Assembly (NCBI GenBank): GCA_002269645.1
Contig: NIVC01001016.1
Location: 310,001-374,000, forward strand
DNA length: 64,000 bases
Source: Macrostomum lignano
Lineage: Eukaryota
Direction: 5' to 3'
Of the stretch, positions 39,912 through 53,916 are shown piece by piece; within the stretch, counting starts at the first letter, position 1; each line of letters starts with the position of its first letter. The position numbers and the translations under genes are program-made. The notes under the pieces are model-generated. The model was not told the origin of the DNA, ran no database searches, and worked only from the letters and a program-made list of their open reading frames with translations.

Positions 39912-40661
39912 GGGCTCTGGAATGTTCCAGAAATTTCTTAGACAGAAAGTTCTAGAAACTGCGGGAACTTTTTCCCCAACCAAATAATAAGATATATATT
40001 TATAAAATATTAGAAATATACACTTTTTTATTTAATACATTCATATATATATATAAACATATCTTGGCTGTACCATTAAATTAGTTTAAAATTATTAAAG
40101 TTTATTATAGAAATTAAAAACTGCTAAATAAGTCCTTTATTGTTGCAACTGCAAAAGGGTCCTTTATTGTTGCAACTGTGATTAGTGTTGGCATGCATCT
40201 GCTTGACATTGGTGTGCATTAGTTTGAAGTATTCTGGCATGCACTCAACTCAGTTTGATCCAGACTAAAAATAGAAAATAGCTAGGCCTACACCTAGCCA
40301 CCTACAGCTATGACCTAGCCTAGGCCAGCAAAATTCAGATTCTTATTCTGAATTAGTTTCCAGATTTTCAATGAAAAATGAGACTAGACCTAGTTAGTTA
40401 AATAGCACAAAAGTCAGATCCAGATAAACTTGTCAACTTTTTATTTGTCAACTGTGTTGATGAGTTTACCATGGTTTGTATATTGTGTAACTGATATGCA
40501 GTACAACAAAGTGTATAGAAGTAAGAGATGCAAACAGAAGCAAAATCAATAAGGTTTTTTTAATTTATACATGCATAAAAAGTTAATTAAGCATATATGC
40601 TCAACACCTGTCTGACCTGTCCAAACTGAATGGGTAAAATGGCCACTAGCTAAGGTAGTTG

Positions 40662-41363
40662 CCCTATTGGAATAAGTTGACAAAATGTGGACAACTGTCC
40701 GTTGCATTTTTGGATTCTCCTGGTGTCGCATTGGGCGACAGTGGTGTCAAGTGGAATATTGCATCGCGCGACACTGTGGAAACCTAGTGTTGTCATGCGT
40801 CGTGTTACGCAACGCAACAGTGTGGCAACTTGGCGGCTAGCGTTGTCATGTGTCGCGTTGCAGCCTGGACCTGTAGCCAAAACCTTGCAAACTGTGTTCA
40901 CAGTTGTTTTTCGGTATTTAAATGTTTCAAACATGTTTGATAATAACTAGTTCTTGAATTGTTCTTTTTTATTTTGAGGTAAAGTAACTAATACTTCAAA
41001 TATAATTTTTAGAAATGTTACTTGTTAGTTACAATGCATGTGCTGTTTTTCTAAGTGTTGTACCTTTGTTGTTTTACTGTTTATTGTTTTTAAATTTTAT
41101 TTCTTTTTCTGTGAAATTGAAAGGAATACTCTCGCCACTCGCCCCATGGTCTTGGTATTGGGAGTGAATGGTGGAATGGGAATTGTCAATTGCAACGTGG
41201 CTGCTGTGGCATCCTCCCTCCCTTGGTCATTCAGTCAACAGACATTGGCATTGCATTGCCACCCCCCAGTCAACAAAACTTGGTGTCGCATCGCACTTTT
41301 GAGGGCATAATTTTGGCATCTGTGTCACACATCTGCGGGTTTTTGAGACTTATTCCAATAGGG
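40662..41363. mobile_element. Putative MITE with a 16-bp perfect TIR (ccctattggaataagt)
   Basis: 40662-40677 is the reverse complement of 41348-41363. The flanks ggtagttg and gtaagttg are similar, and tgtcgc motifs recur internally. Confidence 0.55.
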
Positions 41364-41376
41364 GTAAGTTGCAGGA

Positions 41377-41735
41377 GGGGGCCATAGCCTAGAGGTAATG
41401 CAGCTACTCTGGTGTGCCAGCGACCCAGGCTTAATTCCAAGTGCAGTCACATTAATTTGGGGCTGAATTGGAATCTCGGCTTGGCTCTGCTTGTGCAATT
41501 AACAGCCTTGAGAGCCAACCCCCCAAGGCACAGTGAAGTGTACATGCCTAACGATAAAATAAAGTTAGGGCTGCTATATACTGTGTGGGTGTGTGCCTGC
41601 GTACATATCCGCGCACTTGTATGCCTGCTCAGGGGAGTCGGCAGTATGGGCAATAATGTCTCTTACCAGTTATATGCCTATGTCGCTTAAAGTGTACTAG
41701 GGTGCATACAACCCCCTGCCTCTAATAAATAAGTA
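41377..41735 (+). mobile_element. tRNA-derived SINE (family B)
   Basis: The head ggggccatagcctagaggt...ggcttaattcc contains A/B-box-like motifs. The body is shared with 20165-20450, and the tail is taataaataag. Confidence 0.65.
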
Positions 41736-41749
41736 AGTTGCAAGATCAA

Positions 41750-41870
41750 AAATGCAAAAAAACAAAAAATTGGGAGAAAAAAGAAAGAAAGAGAAAAGGA
41801 AAAGAAAGGAAAAAAGAGAAAGAGAGGAAAGAGGAGAGGGAAAAAGAGAGGAAAAGAAAAAAATGCAATA
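41750..41870. repeat. A/G-rich low-complexity tract
   Basis: Directly visible. Confidence 0.8.
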
Positions 41871-44800
41871 AAAGTCATATACAAAGTGAAAATTAAGTCA
41901 TAATTAAAAGAACTAAGTTGCAATTGAGAGGAACTAAGTTGCAAATCTGGACAAAACTAAGTTGCACCAGATAGGTGAAATTTTGAGGTTGGGCATGTAT
42001 GTAATTAGCTTAAGTAGAATTTTTTTAAATTACATTTATCAAAACTGATTAAAATAAATATTAATTAGGATTGGGATCCTATAACAATTAATTGCAGTTC
42101 CCTAACTAGGTTAAGATAGAAGATTCTTGGTTATATCATTTTTAATTTTATCATATCTCATATTTGATCATGTTGTACATAGCAGACTGCTAGGTGCCGC
42201 AGTGCACTGTTGTCTCTTGTCTAGTCAATCTAGCAAACAAATTCTAGCGATAGATGATTTTGATTTACTGATCTGGCAACAGTGAAGGCAGGCATTGTCA
42301 CAATTGACAATTGTCATGTCCTGTGCCTAAAAACTAGCATTACAATGACACGGCTTGGCTCATTGCTTTTATGAATCTGTTTTATCTGTGCATCGAGACA
42401 GCTGCACATACTGTGACTACTATGCTGATGAATTTACCAGTTAATGAATTTAGGCCCTACCATTTGACAAATTTACCAGTTGACAAAAAAAAGTTTACAA
42501 GTTTACCAGCACCCTAAAATCCACCAAAATACTAATTACTAAGGAAAAAATTGCAAAAGGTATGCTATATATAATAGGCCTATTAAAAGTGTAGGATAGG
42601 CCCCTAATAAAAATGGCAAAACTGCAATATTTCGAAGTTTATTTTAAGAAACTAGCCTAGCATGATAAATTTAAGGATGTATTCAAATTGCGATTGAAGT
42701 TATTTAATTATTTGACAGCGTGACAGTCTGTTGTCTAACCTAAGCAAGCATGGTCTATTGGTCTGCAATTATTTTAATTTTAATAAGGCGAAATTTGTTT
42801 CGGTCAAAGAAGTTAAATATCAATGTTTAAACCAACAGCCAGCAACAAATAATAACTAGTATGCAACAACAATTAGAATGCCCCAGCACCAGCACCCAAT
42901 AACTGGAACGCTAGTTTTAAAATAAAAAATCTTAAGTCAGTAGTTAAGATACAGATTCATCATGATCTGAAATTAACCTTCGAATTAGCGCCTCAATAGT
43001 GCATTTAAACAGATACATTTTCGATAAAAGCATCATATATAATTAATGATGTTAAGTCTACTTTATTTGCACATAAACACATACATCTAGATAAAATATA
43101 AAAAAGGTAATAAAAGTATTTTTAAACTTTTTATATACAGAAATTTTCGGTAGAATTGACGACATTATATACATAAGACCATTTAGAAGCAAAAACATGT
43201 CAACCAACCATTAACCAACTACATGTGAAAGTACAGTTGGCTTTGTCGGGATGGCCTGGTAGGTCTTGAAATCCCACTGCTGCCACCAATGTTGTACCTG
43301 TGTTTCTCCGGCCGTCTAGCGCAGTGATTTGGGTTTGGGCTCTCCATATCTTCCTCAACCGGAAGCCTTAACTCAGTAGCGTACGTAGGTAGTGCTGCCA
43401 CCAGTTCCTTCAGGCCTCGGGCTTTGATGAGGTGAGCTACTCTTCTGAACGAAATAAACAAGTCAACGAACTCAGCGTGCAGATTTGCAAGTAACGAACA
43501 AGGTGTCCTGCAAGTCAGCAGATCCTGCCGGACTCAGTGGGTGGTTGGGAAGGCAGATGTGTATTAGCTCCTTTTGAGCTTGGGCGTCTAAGTTAGTCAG
43601 GCCAATTACAGATAGCTAGAATGGGCAATTGGGACTATGACAGAAGACTAGAGTCTTAGAGAACAATACGAAGACTGGAAAACTGGTCGTCCAACAAAAT
43701 TAGACTCCGATTTTGACTGAACCAAGGGTCCAATTTACATGTATTTACATGGCACGTATTACAGGGCACGTATTTACATGTATAGCTAGGCAGGGAATCA
43801 CGGCTGCGCCAGTGTGCGTTGGACCTCATGACTCTGTTCTATTTTTAGAACTGACGTCACCTCGCCTTCTAGACATGGGCCTTTTCATATTGCTTGTTCT
43901 GGTTCCAGAACCAGAACCAATTTGTGAAGTATAACTTTTTGTCTCCATAACTAGAGGGAGATATACGTGCTATAAAGTTTTTATTATTGAATGACAATCG
44001 CCAAGAAGAAAGTGAAAAATTATGCTAAGTGCAGAGGTTGTTAAGGCAGTCAAACATTCAACAGAATTAAATAGTTATACTGCTGTTTTTCTTGGAAGAA
44101 GCCGAATGACGATCAGTATCTATTTTTAGAAACATGAGTCATCTCTAACATGTACATGTATCTTTTTTAGGGAAACAGACCACCAGCGTGACCGATCAGG
44201 ACAGAAACAAAACGCAGAGGAGGCCACAGCAGAGATGCCCGCGTGGCCGCAAGCAAGAGCGCAGAGAAGAGGGGGGCGACAGAGAACAGGCAGAGAAAGG
44301 GGAGGGCTGCCCAACGGCAGACAGCAATCCGGGGCGAAGGCAAGGGCGAGGGAAACTGCTGACATTAGTGTGACGACTAACACCAAACTAGCAGCTCACT
44401 ACTCGGTGTATGTAAATATACTTCGTTTTAAATTACGAGTAAAATATAGCGCTTCATCATGACGTACATGTGCGCAATTACGGCATGTATATTCTTGACA
44501 ATTATTATCTACAAAACTTATTAATCCTACATGCATGTACATAAAATGCAATTACATATGCTATCAGTCGGAGCTCATGCGAGATCGACCCAAAAGAGAC
44601 AAGTTCTGTTAGGCAAACTCCGGGGCCACGGGATTTCAAGTCTGCCCACACCAACACGCAACTGGGGCAGAGCAACCAGACCGCAACCTAGCTGACTGAT
44701 TGAGCCACGTTGTTTCGCCAACGTACAGTTGGACCTGCTGTCCAGTGTAAGTAACATACACGTGCATGTAACAGCTACGTTATCGCACGTTCTGGTGGGC

Positions 44801-46094
44801 CTCCTCACTAACTTTTGTATGCACCCTCCCTTTCTTTCCCTGTGATTCTTGATGTGATGTGATAATGTCATGTTATCGCCCACCCCAACCCCACTTCAGA
44901 TCTATTGCTCGGAATGATTCATGCGTGTGACAGTTTTATGACCGGCCCTATATCTCTCCAAACTTTTTCCCGCCTGTTATGTAGTGCAGCTCTTCATCAT
45001 AAATCATTTTTCTCCACTGCGCCCCAAACCAATTTCTCGTCCAATCACAGCGCGGCTGGCAATCGTGACTTTCATCAGGATTGTTTGGTAACGGAGGTCG
45101 AGGATACGTCACGGCCTTCAATATCACGCATCACGCTCCCATGATCGCGTGTCGCGTGATCTCAGGGGTATAAATAAAAGCTCACCGCATCTTCTAATAC
45201 TCATTCTTAATCCAACTCACCTTAATAATTAACCGGACTATTAGTGTCAAGTTCATTTCCAGAAATTTTGGTCTGCCTATTTTCTCATTTGCCATGAACC
45301 GTGAAATCATGAAGTATGAGAGAGATTGTGTCTCTCGCAGGATGGAATGTAAGCTGGGGATCAGAGCGGAAAATCACCGAGTATAAACCGAATGCATTCA
45401 AATAATCAACAGTATTTCTAAGTAAGTCCCTGTAAGATGTGCACCATGAGAGAGTTCTGGAACCTGCACTTCCCCATCCCTTGCTGCATCATGCAAGCCC
45501 ATCTAGGAGGGAAAGACATTAAGATGGAGTTTTCTATTATCCCTGCACCATTGGGATCCTGGGGATTAGGAGGGAGTAGCCTAAAGTCGCCTACCTCTAG
45601 GTTCCAGGAGCACAGGTGTGACGGCCAACGTCTTTGGCGTGTACGGTCAAACAACCCAGGCCCGCTTACTGTCTAGATAATGAGATCTTGGCCGCAACGT
45701 CGTCGTCGGCTATCGCACCATCCAGAGTGGACAAATTCTATAGGGGACGAGGCCTTGCGGTTGTATTTTTCAGCGCCACAGCCCAGACAGAGTACAGCAG
45801 GTATTCTCATGCAGCCCGGGTTTGGTCACATGCAAATCGACAGGTAAAACTTATGACAGGTGTGAAGAATTTCAACCGCTTTTAAATAGATGCCCGATTT
45901 GTATAACTTTGTAATGCGACTACTTTAGTTCAAGGACCATAGCATATCATAAGAGTGTGACTATTTTGCAAACTTGCATACTGTCCTTGTCTGTCCTTTT
46001 TTGGCTCGTACAATGAAAAGAAGTCTAACTGGTAATGAAGTTTAAACTCTTGAGTACAGTGAAATGCAGATCGGTAGGACAGTTAGCACAGACA

Positions 46095-46346
<252 letters not shown>

Positions 46347-46854
46347 AAACAGTCAGCCCAGACAGTCAAAAGCGACCGTCAGGTTCATAAATTCGCTGCT
46401 ATATAAACTTTTAGTCTAATTTGGAACATATAGTCTAATTTGTTACATTTTCTAAGCTGTTATGAACGTATCTTGTGGTTCTACTTTCTGCACTCTAGTT
46501 TTGTTATTTATCTTGACTTCACTTTATTTGGGCCGCGATTTAGCGAAAGAAACACTTCTTATGGACAAACGTGCACTGTACTAAGAAAAGCACATCACAT
46601 AAACATTTTCTTAGAATCTGGTCTCAAACCAGAAAAGCAAACTGCATAGAGAAATGCACAGAGCAATAATAATGGTGAGTACAATTCGAGTTTCGTCGAA
46701 AATACTCGTATAGCCGTCATTTGGTACCTTATTACTCGACTCAGGTAATTTTTATACTGTATATAGCATTTAATAGCATCAATATTAAAAAACTGATCAG
46801 AAAACAACCAAAAATTTTTTGTGCCGAAACGTAGATAAAATTTTCGCAGTCACA

Positions 46855-48246
46855 ATGAGCGGTGGCTTTGTATACTTTAGCGCAATGAAGCTTGAATGTT
46901 CAAATGGCATCATGAAAGTCGAAGCGTTTACAGCTGTTGGTGCATTCCGATGCTACGGACTTGGTAAGATTTCATTGGCAAACTATAAATTCCAACTGCT
47001 GCGTGCTTAGTCAATTTAAACAGTTTAAACCAGTCAGTAAAAGCGCCACAAATCAGAAATTAAATGTAATGGCTTGCACTGTTGACCCTTGAGCACGAGC
47101 ACCCACGCTGCTCACAGATTATGTACAGCGGCCTTAACTCTCATCGGCATACAGATATTCACCTTGTGCTTTTGGGATTGGTTCTCGTGTGTTAGCTACT
47201 TAGCTAGCTACACTCCTCTGTTCCTCTGGGTAATCGCGTGTTGATATTTTTCAAAACTTTTATCCTTACAAATGTTTCAGGTCGTCACAAAGTCATGGGG
47301 ATCAGGCAGATGCAGTTACAGTTTGATGCATCTTCTTCTGATTCCGGTGACGACTCTGATGACGATGGATTTCCAGGCTTCTTTGGCCGGGCCATTCAAA
47401 GCTCCATTCCATCTCGTCGAGCTGAGCCAACTCCGACTCAAACCAGTGACCTCTATCTTGACGCTCAAAGTCTGTAAAAGTTTACAAACGGCAACTTGAC
47501 AAACTCTGCGGCAGTAGTTCGAGCTGCTGTGGATTCGATCACAAAGCCGCGGTAGCCAAGACTACGAGCGGAGAGCGCTACGTGATCGAAAAAGGTAAAG
47601 ATGCTCCGACGCTAGCAATTAACTTTTATTGTTCGAGTTTTTCTTTCTTTTCGGGATCAGGATTTTAAGCCAGTTATTTCTCATCCCCAGATTCAAACAT
47701 ACGAGCGTAGCTAGTCTACATGATGGGAAATTTTATAATTTAGCTAGCAAGAACTGCAAGAGCGTAGCCAAGAATTTTTGTCAGTGGAGGCCACTGAGGC
47801 GGCGCCACTGAGGGAGGTGCCATCGTGTGGTCACCTATGGGAATGTTATTGGTTAGATTAGACTAGATTTAAAAATTAGATTTGCAGAAACGATCTACAT
47901 TATCCTTTTGCAATTTATATTTTTATTCCTAATTTCTTATATAATTAGCGGCTCAATTATGCTCTTAATTTTTTATCCAGGAGTAAGCAGAGAAAGTAAC
48001 ATCGGCAAGTCCACGGAGTGCTATCGCAAGGGCGAGTGTCGCTTGGTTAAAATAGAAAAATCGGATATCCACGACTGGGAGCTGGTTCGCAAGCTGAAGG
48101 CCGAATTTCCGAACTCCAGCGCGACGCTAAGACATCTGCTTGATAGATGCGGCTCCGCTTACAGTTTACTACGGGACAACTGTATTGACGGTGTTCGTAA
48201 AATCTGCAACTTCTTGGAACAGAACAATTTCATCAATGCGTCTTGA
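46855..48246 (+). pseudogene. Permuted papain-like peptidase (PPPDE/LRAT-like) paralog 1, frameshifted
   Basis: Exons 46855-46963, 47281-47594 and 47981-48246 are colinear with the intact paralog. A 4-nt deletion (gctcaaagtctgtaaaa versus gctcaagtagagtctgtaaaa) causes a stop at ~47477. The downstream frame reads HKAAVAKTTSGERYVIEKG...YSLLRDNCIDG. Confidence 0.7.
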
Positions 48247-49599
48247 TCGAGTGAAAGTAGCTCTGCTATACGACAGTTGATTCCTCGTCAAATCGTGAAT
48301 CACCTTTTTGTTTTTTACTAATAACTAACAAAATTTCATTAGGCTCATATGCCGTATTTCACCTATTTCGATTGTTTATTCATAGTTGTAGATCATTAAA
48401 AAGTATCTTTTCTTCTTTCACTTTAAGGTGTTTCCTCACAGATCGGCATTAATTGTGATTGGTTAATATCAAGCCATGAAAGCTACTGTAATGCCGTCAC
48501 TATATAAAGTTAATGTTTTATATCTCAGTTTAGAACTTCGCCGGCGACCGAGCTACTTGTATATTGCAACCGTTTGTAATCGCTATTTTAGAATAAAAAA
48601 CAATAAAAGGTACTGCATTGTAACCTCTTTTCAGTTGGAAAGCTTGTCTTCTGCTCTCTTAAATTTTATGAAAATGAAATCCCAGTCGAAAATAACTTTT
48701 TGTTAAATTAAATAATAATAATACACAGAGCGCTTTTATATTATACATCTAACAATCTAGTATGTAAAATTATTATGCTGTACTTAAATTGTACACACGG
48801 ATGAGCAGGGATAGCTGCACAGCACAGACCCGAAAAAGTCCCAGAAATAGGCCAGTAATAAAGCTAGCTAAAGTGCAAGTTCAATTAAAGTGGAACTTCA
48901 CTCTCTGCCGTTTGGAAAAGCAATACTCGTAATTCATTGTCACATGACCCCGGTTTTGTAGTGAAAATAACAAGTGCACATTTATGCGAATTGCCGCTTG
49001 ACTGACTGGAATCGTCGCTCCCGTCTGTCTGTCCTTTTTGAAGCAATTTCAGCTCTTTACGTATGGAATGTACAGCTACACAAATGTCATTGCTATGCAT
49101 GCAGTGGTTCCTAAAGACGCTTTTAGGATTCTTTTAAACTTGTATAAATTTTCTTATGATGAGCATTAATAGCTACTGATGTGATGGTACATGAGCTCCT
49201 TCCCCTGTACTATAGCTACTACTGCCAGTAGCGATTGCATTTTCTCCATCCCTTTTCTTATTTATTTTCCTCTATTCTTTCATTCCCCTCTCCCATCTCA
49301 TCGAATCCCATCAGCTCCATCAGGTAGTCACCAATCGTTCCAGCAATCGTTAATTTCTTCATGGAAATCGAGCTTTTGAGTTTGCCGCCGCCTTTCTAAA
49401 ACTTTCAACGCGACTCTGCGCTTTTGTAGATTATTGGGACAGTAAGATGCTGCCTGATCTTAAAGGTATTGATATGGTGCATCGGCTTCCAGTTATGTTG
49501 AGCTTCCAGTATTTGTCGCCGCCTTCAAAGAAGCGCGAGCATTTGCAAAAGTCGAACAGTGATTTATGTTAGCACCTGGCGTATCTTTATGACCCCGGG

Positions 49600-50980
49600 G
49601 GAACTGAAAGGATCTTTTGATCACGTGAGTCTCTGTGGTAACAATTAGCTCCACCAATCAGAAAATTCGACGTCAGTTCTAACAAATCGGCTCCGCCAAT
49701 CAGCGTCGAGGTGTTCCATTTTAACAAACTGCGGTCCAGTTGGCGCCTATACTGAAACCACTGATTTTTTCCCGCTCGGAAGGGAACCCGGCCTCCGGTA
49801 CCTCTATTCTCTTGAGTTGCGTTAGTTCGACCGTCGTTTTTTGATCCCCGGATTGCGACATCTCCCCTCATCATCAAGGACGTCTTTCCCGGTCGACATC
49901 ATCGAGGTCGCGATGACATCATCCCATCCCTACAGCTGCGAAGCACTAAGCCGATTTGGTCGCTGTGGATTACTTGTTGAGTTTTTTATTGGTTGGTTGG
50001 CTACCTAGACTTGCTTAATTAGGTGATACCCTATCTGTCCCCTGTAGTGAGTGAAACGAGGCTAGACTGCTTGTTGTAGTCGATAGTTGCCGAAAGCTTG
50101 CAGGCGAGAATAATAGCGATCAGTATATTTATTGAATTATTGAGCTGAGTCAGAATGGTGGCTAAAGTCGCACCATGCACATTTGATTTTGTACGCAAAG
50201 GGTTGAGCTGGCAGAGTCACGCGGCGCAGCCGCTAACAACCCCCCAACACACACGATAGTAGGCGCTGCCTTCATCCCCTATTTCAGGAACTGGATTAAG
50301 CGCACACGTTTGCTTATTGTGATTAGCAGTCCAGTGCTGTATTTGAGGCAGAAATAATTAAAAAATACTGTTAGTAGTCTGATTACCTCAATTCAATCTG
50401 AAGTGTGAAGTGTTTTTCTGAGGTTGAATCTGACAGTTATTTTTATCTGATTTTTACTTTTTCGCTGATGGCTCCAGTGAGGAACTAAATTAGCAGGCGC
50501 CAGTCACAGTGGACCAATGGCAAGGCGGTTCTCAGTCGATCGATCTATCAAATCAATTAGCAAAATTGCCAATAGTTCAAAATTGGCGCTAGAGATGTAC
50601 TTTGTGCACTCTGGATTCGCCAAGCGGCTCGGGTAATGAATCATGCGGTCTCTGAAGTTCGAGTTAGTCTATCACCAGCGCTACGAGAGGCTGGTTAGCA
50701 CGTTGAAGGCTAGAAGTAGAATCTTTATTATTTAGCAATGTAATAGTACATGTAGCTACCCCATAGTCCCGCCACCACAAGCCCCCTCTGTCCCTGCATG
50801 GCCAATGCGATCAAGTCCCAGCAGTGTCCCTTATCATCGGCTATGACTTCGAGATTGACAGAAAGATGACACTAGTTGGCAGGTAAGTGCAAAGCCCCTT
50901 CTAGTCGGAAGTCCGATTTCGAAAGCTACGGTTTGGTGAGCCAGGACGCACGGGCTGGTGGCAGCGGGTTTGTTAATCTG
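49600..50980. repeat. Unclassified interspersed repeat R, copy 2 (more diverged, partial)
   Basis: Colinear with 14480-15665. Confidence 0.8.
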
Positions 50981-51046
<66 letters not shown>

Positions 51047-51049
51047 TAA

Positions 51050-51102
<53 letters not shown>

Positions 51103-51106
51103 CTAT

Positions 51107-51158
<52 letters not shown>

Positions 51159-51162
51159 CTAT

Positions 51163-51254
<92 letters not shown>

Positions 51255-51320
51255 GGCAGACAGACACACAGACAGACAGACAGACAGACACACAGACAGA
51301 CACACAGACAGACAGACAGG
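50980..51320. repeat. (GACA)n microsatellite
   Basis: Directly visible. Confidence 0.97.
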
Positions 51321-51959
51321 CCCTTTGTCTGCTCTCTAAATTAAATCGCAGTCGAAATACTTTAGCTATAAACAATAAATAAAATGGAAAAAAGCATATT
51401 GGTCATAGGAGTTATATGATTGTACAGACATGTACAGATAACAAGTATGTAACTTTATTATGCCTACTTAAATTGTACACACGGATGAGCAGGAACAGCT
51501 GCACAGAGAAACTAGCTGCCAGCCAACCAACTACGAGTGCATGACTCGTCGCACACACTTGAACAACTCAAAAAATAGCCAGTAAGATAGCTAAATTGTA
51601 CTCAATTCAAGGGAACTTCGCTGCACTCGTAGCTCCCATTTGTCTGCTTTTCTTGCAGTCTACTTCTTTGCATACAGCTGTCTGTCTGTCTGTCTATCTG
51701 TCTGTCTGTCTGGGTCTCAAACCAGAAAGTAGAACTGTACGGAGAAATATAATGCAACTATACTTGTGAGTACAATATAAAGCTCGTATAGCACGGCCTT
51801 TGGTTGAGTACACGTACGTACGTTGCAGTACCGTATAACTCGACTCAAGCCATATATCACACTATATATATGCAATAAGGCAAATCATTCATTAAGCATC
51901 CATATTCAGAAAACTTTCCAGAAAAAACCGACAACTCTAACGAAATTTTTGCAGTCACA

Positions 51960-53173
51960 ATGAGCGGTGGCTTCTATTGTAGCGCAATGACGCTCGAATG
52001 TTCGAATGGCACCATGAGAGGCCAAATGTTTGAGGCTGTTGGTGAATTCCGACCCAACGGATTTGGTAAGGCTTCACTGGCAAACTCGCTATTTTGTATA
52101 TAGTCAGTTTAAACAGTCAGTAAAAGCCGCAAAGAGTTGTATAGCGACCTTGACTTTCTCTAATCGGTAAATATATTCACTCTGTGCCTTTGGAGTTGGC
52201 CCTCATTTGTTAGCCAATTAGCTACCTGGTAGGTATAATCTTAATTCTGTCCTTCAGAAACTGCGTGCTGATATATTTCAAAACTTTTATCCTCACAACT
52301 GTTTCAGGAGGCCACGAAGTCATGGGGATCAGCAGGCAGAGGAAGTTTCAATCTGATGCATCATCTGATTCAGTTGACTATGACATTCAAAGCCGAGCCA
52401 TTCAAGGCTTATGGCCAACTCGGACTCAAACTAGAGACGTCGATCTTGACGCTCAAGTAGAGTCTGTAAAAGTTTACAAACGGCCACTTGATAGTGCCTC
52501 CGGCGGTAGTTCGCTCTTTTCAAGCGGCTTCGGGCCCGGGCACCAAGCCGCGGTAGCCAAGACTACGAGTGGAGAGCTCTACCTGATCGAGAAAGGTGAG
52601 GCTGTCATTGTTACAGTTTTTCTCGTTCTTTTTTAAAAAGGTCAGTGATGTAGGATTCGGGTTCGTGATAATAGACTAGTTTGATTCATACAGTTCTTTA
52701 CCAACTATATTGTGCACATATAGTCTAAATGACGGCAGGAACAGAGATGCTGTGCACCTGTTGTGATTGAGGGCGCCAAGTAAGGGGGCAACGGGGCAAG
52801 GGGGTGCCATAATTTCTGCCAGCCTCTTTTTTTTGGGGGGGGGGCAACTGCCCCCATGCAACATTCACCCCATGACTACGCCGCATAATATAATTACACA
52901 GGAGTAGAAAGCGATAAGGCAATCGGCACGTCCAGAGAGTGCTATCGCAAGGGCGAGTGTCGCTTGGTTAAAATAAAAAAATCCGATATGTACGGCTGGG
53001 AACTGATTCGCGAGTTAAAGGCCAGCATGTTCAGCTGGTTCAGTTTCGGAGTGACGCTAAGACAACTATTCGATATTTGTGGCTCTAAATACCGTTTGCT
53101 TTCGGACAATTGCATCCACGGTGTTGATAAAATCTGCGCATTCTTGCAGCTGAACGGTTTCATCAGCAGCTGA
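51960..53173 (+). CDS. Permuted papain-like peptidase (PPPDE/LRAT-like) paralog 2, intact, about 221 aa, 3 coding exons
   Basis: Exons 51960-52065, 52308-52595 and 52902-53173 splice in frame (phases 1,1, GT-AG). A His motif GHQAAVAKTTSGELYLIEKG precedes a Cys motif YRLLSDNCIHG, the order found in permuted NlpC/P60-like families. Confidence 0.72.
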
Positions 53174-53916
53174 GAGACGTGTTGATCGAGCGAAATCGAA
53201 TAAAATTTGTTAATTTCATACAGTAATTTTTTATACTTGATTATAATTAATGTATAGTAATCGACAGTTTCCATTATTCTTTCACTTCAGTGGCTTGGTT
53301 TCGCGTAGTTGTTATTGGCGAGCCCATGGACGGCTAAAATAGGACGCTATACACCTTGACTTTTTCGAAATCTGTATATCTGTATAGCCAAACCTGTATA
53401 TTGGTTGTAACTTACATGTACATGTAGTACACTCCAGAGAAGTTAAAGTAAAGGAAAAAAGATCGATACATTTCTGTTCGGTGTATTGTCAGAAATGCAA
53501 CAAAATACTAAAAGTTCTAAAAGAAATTATAGCAAAATGTATAAAAATTCTGCACTTTTTTTGCGTCAAATATTTATTACCTGCCTCTCGTCAAACTAGA
53601 GTGCAAGGCTGCAAACGTTTTATATTTGTAGTCTTTAGCCGTGAAACATTTCCGAAACTAGAATGTTCTACAGAGTTCGGGCGGGAATTTAACTTGTTAT
53701 ACTTTAAATATATTTATCTCGTAATTTTCTATACTTTGAAATACGAAAAGTGACAAATAGTGTCTTGTTTTGTGCAAGAGTTCTTTCTTTTGTTTTGTAG
53801 TATAAATTATTCTGCAGTACGCTTTAAACGCATAGCAGTTTCATGTACAGTTGGATTGAATTTTTGAGCGTACTCGTGCGTAGCTCTCACATTACTTACA
53901 GGTGCTTTTATTATAT

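Noticed and set aside
49200-49560. Minus-strand coding-like fragments (FDFCKCSRFFEGGDKYWKL)
   Set aside because: They are interrupted by stops and have no recognisable family motif.
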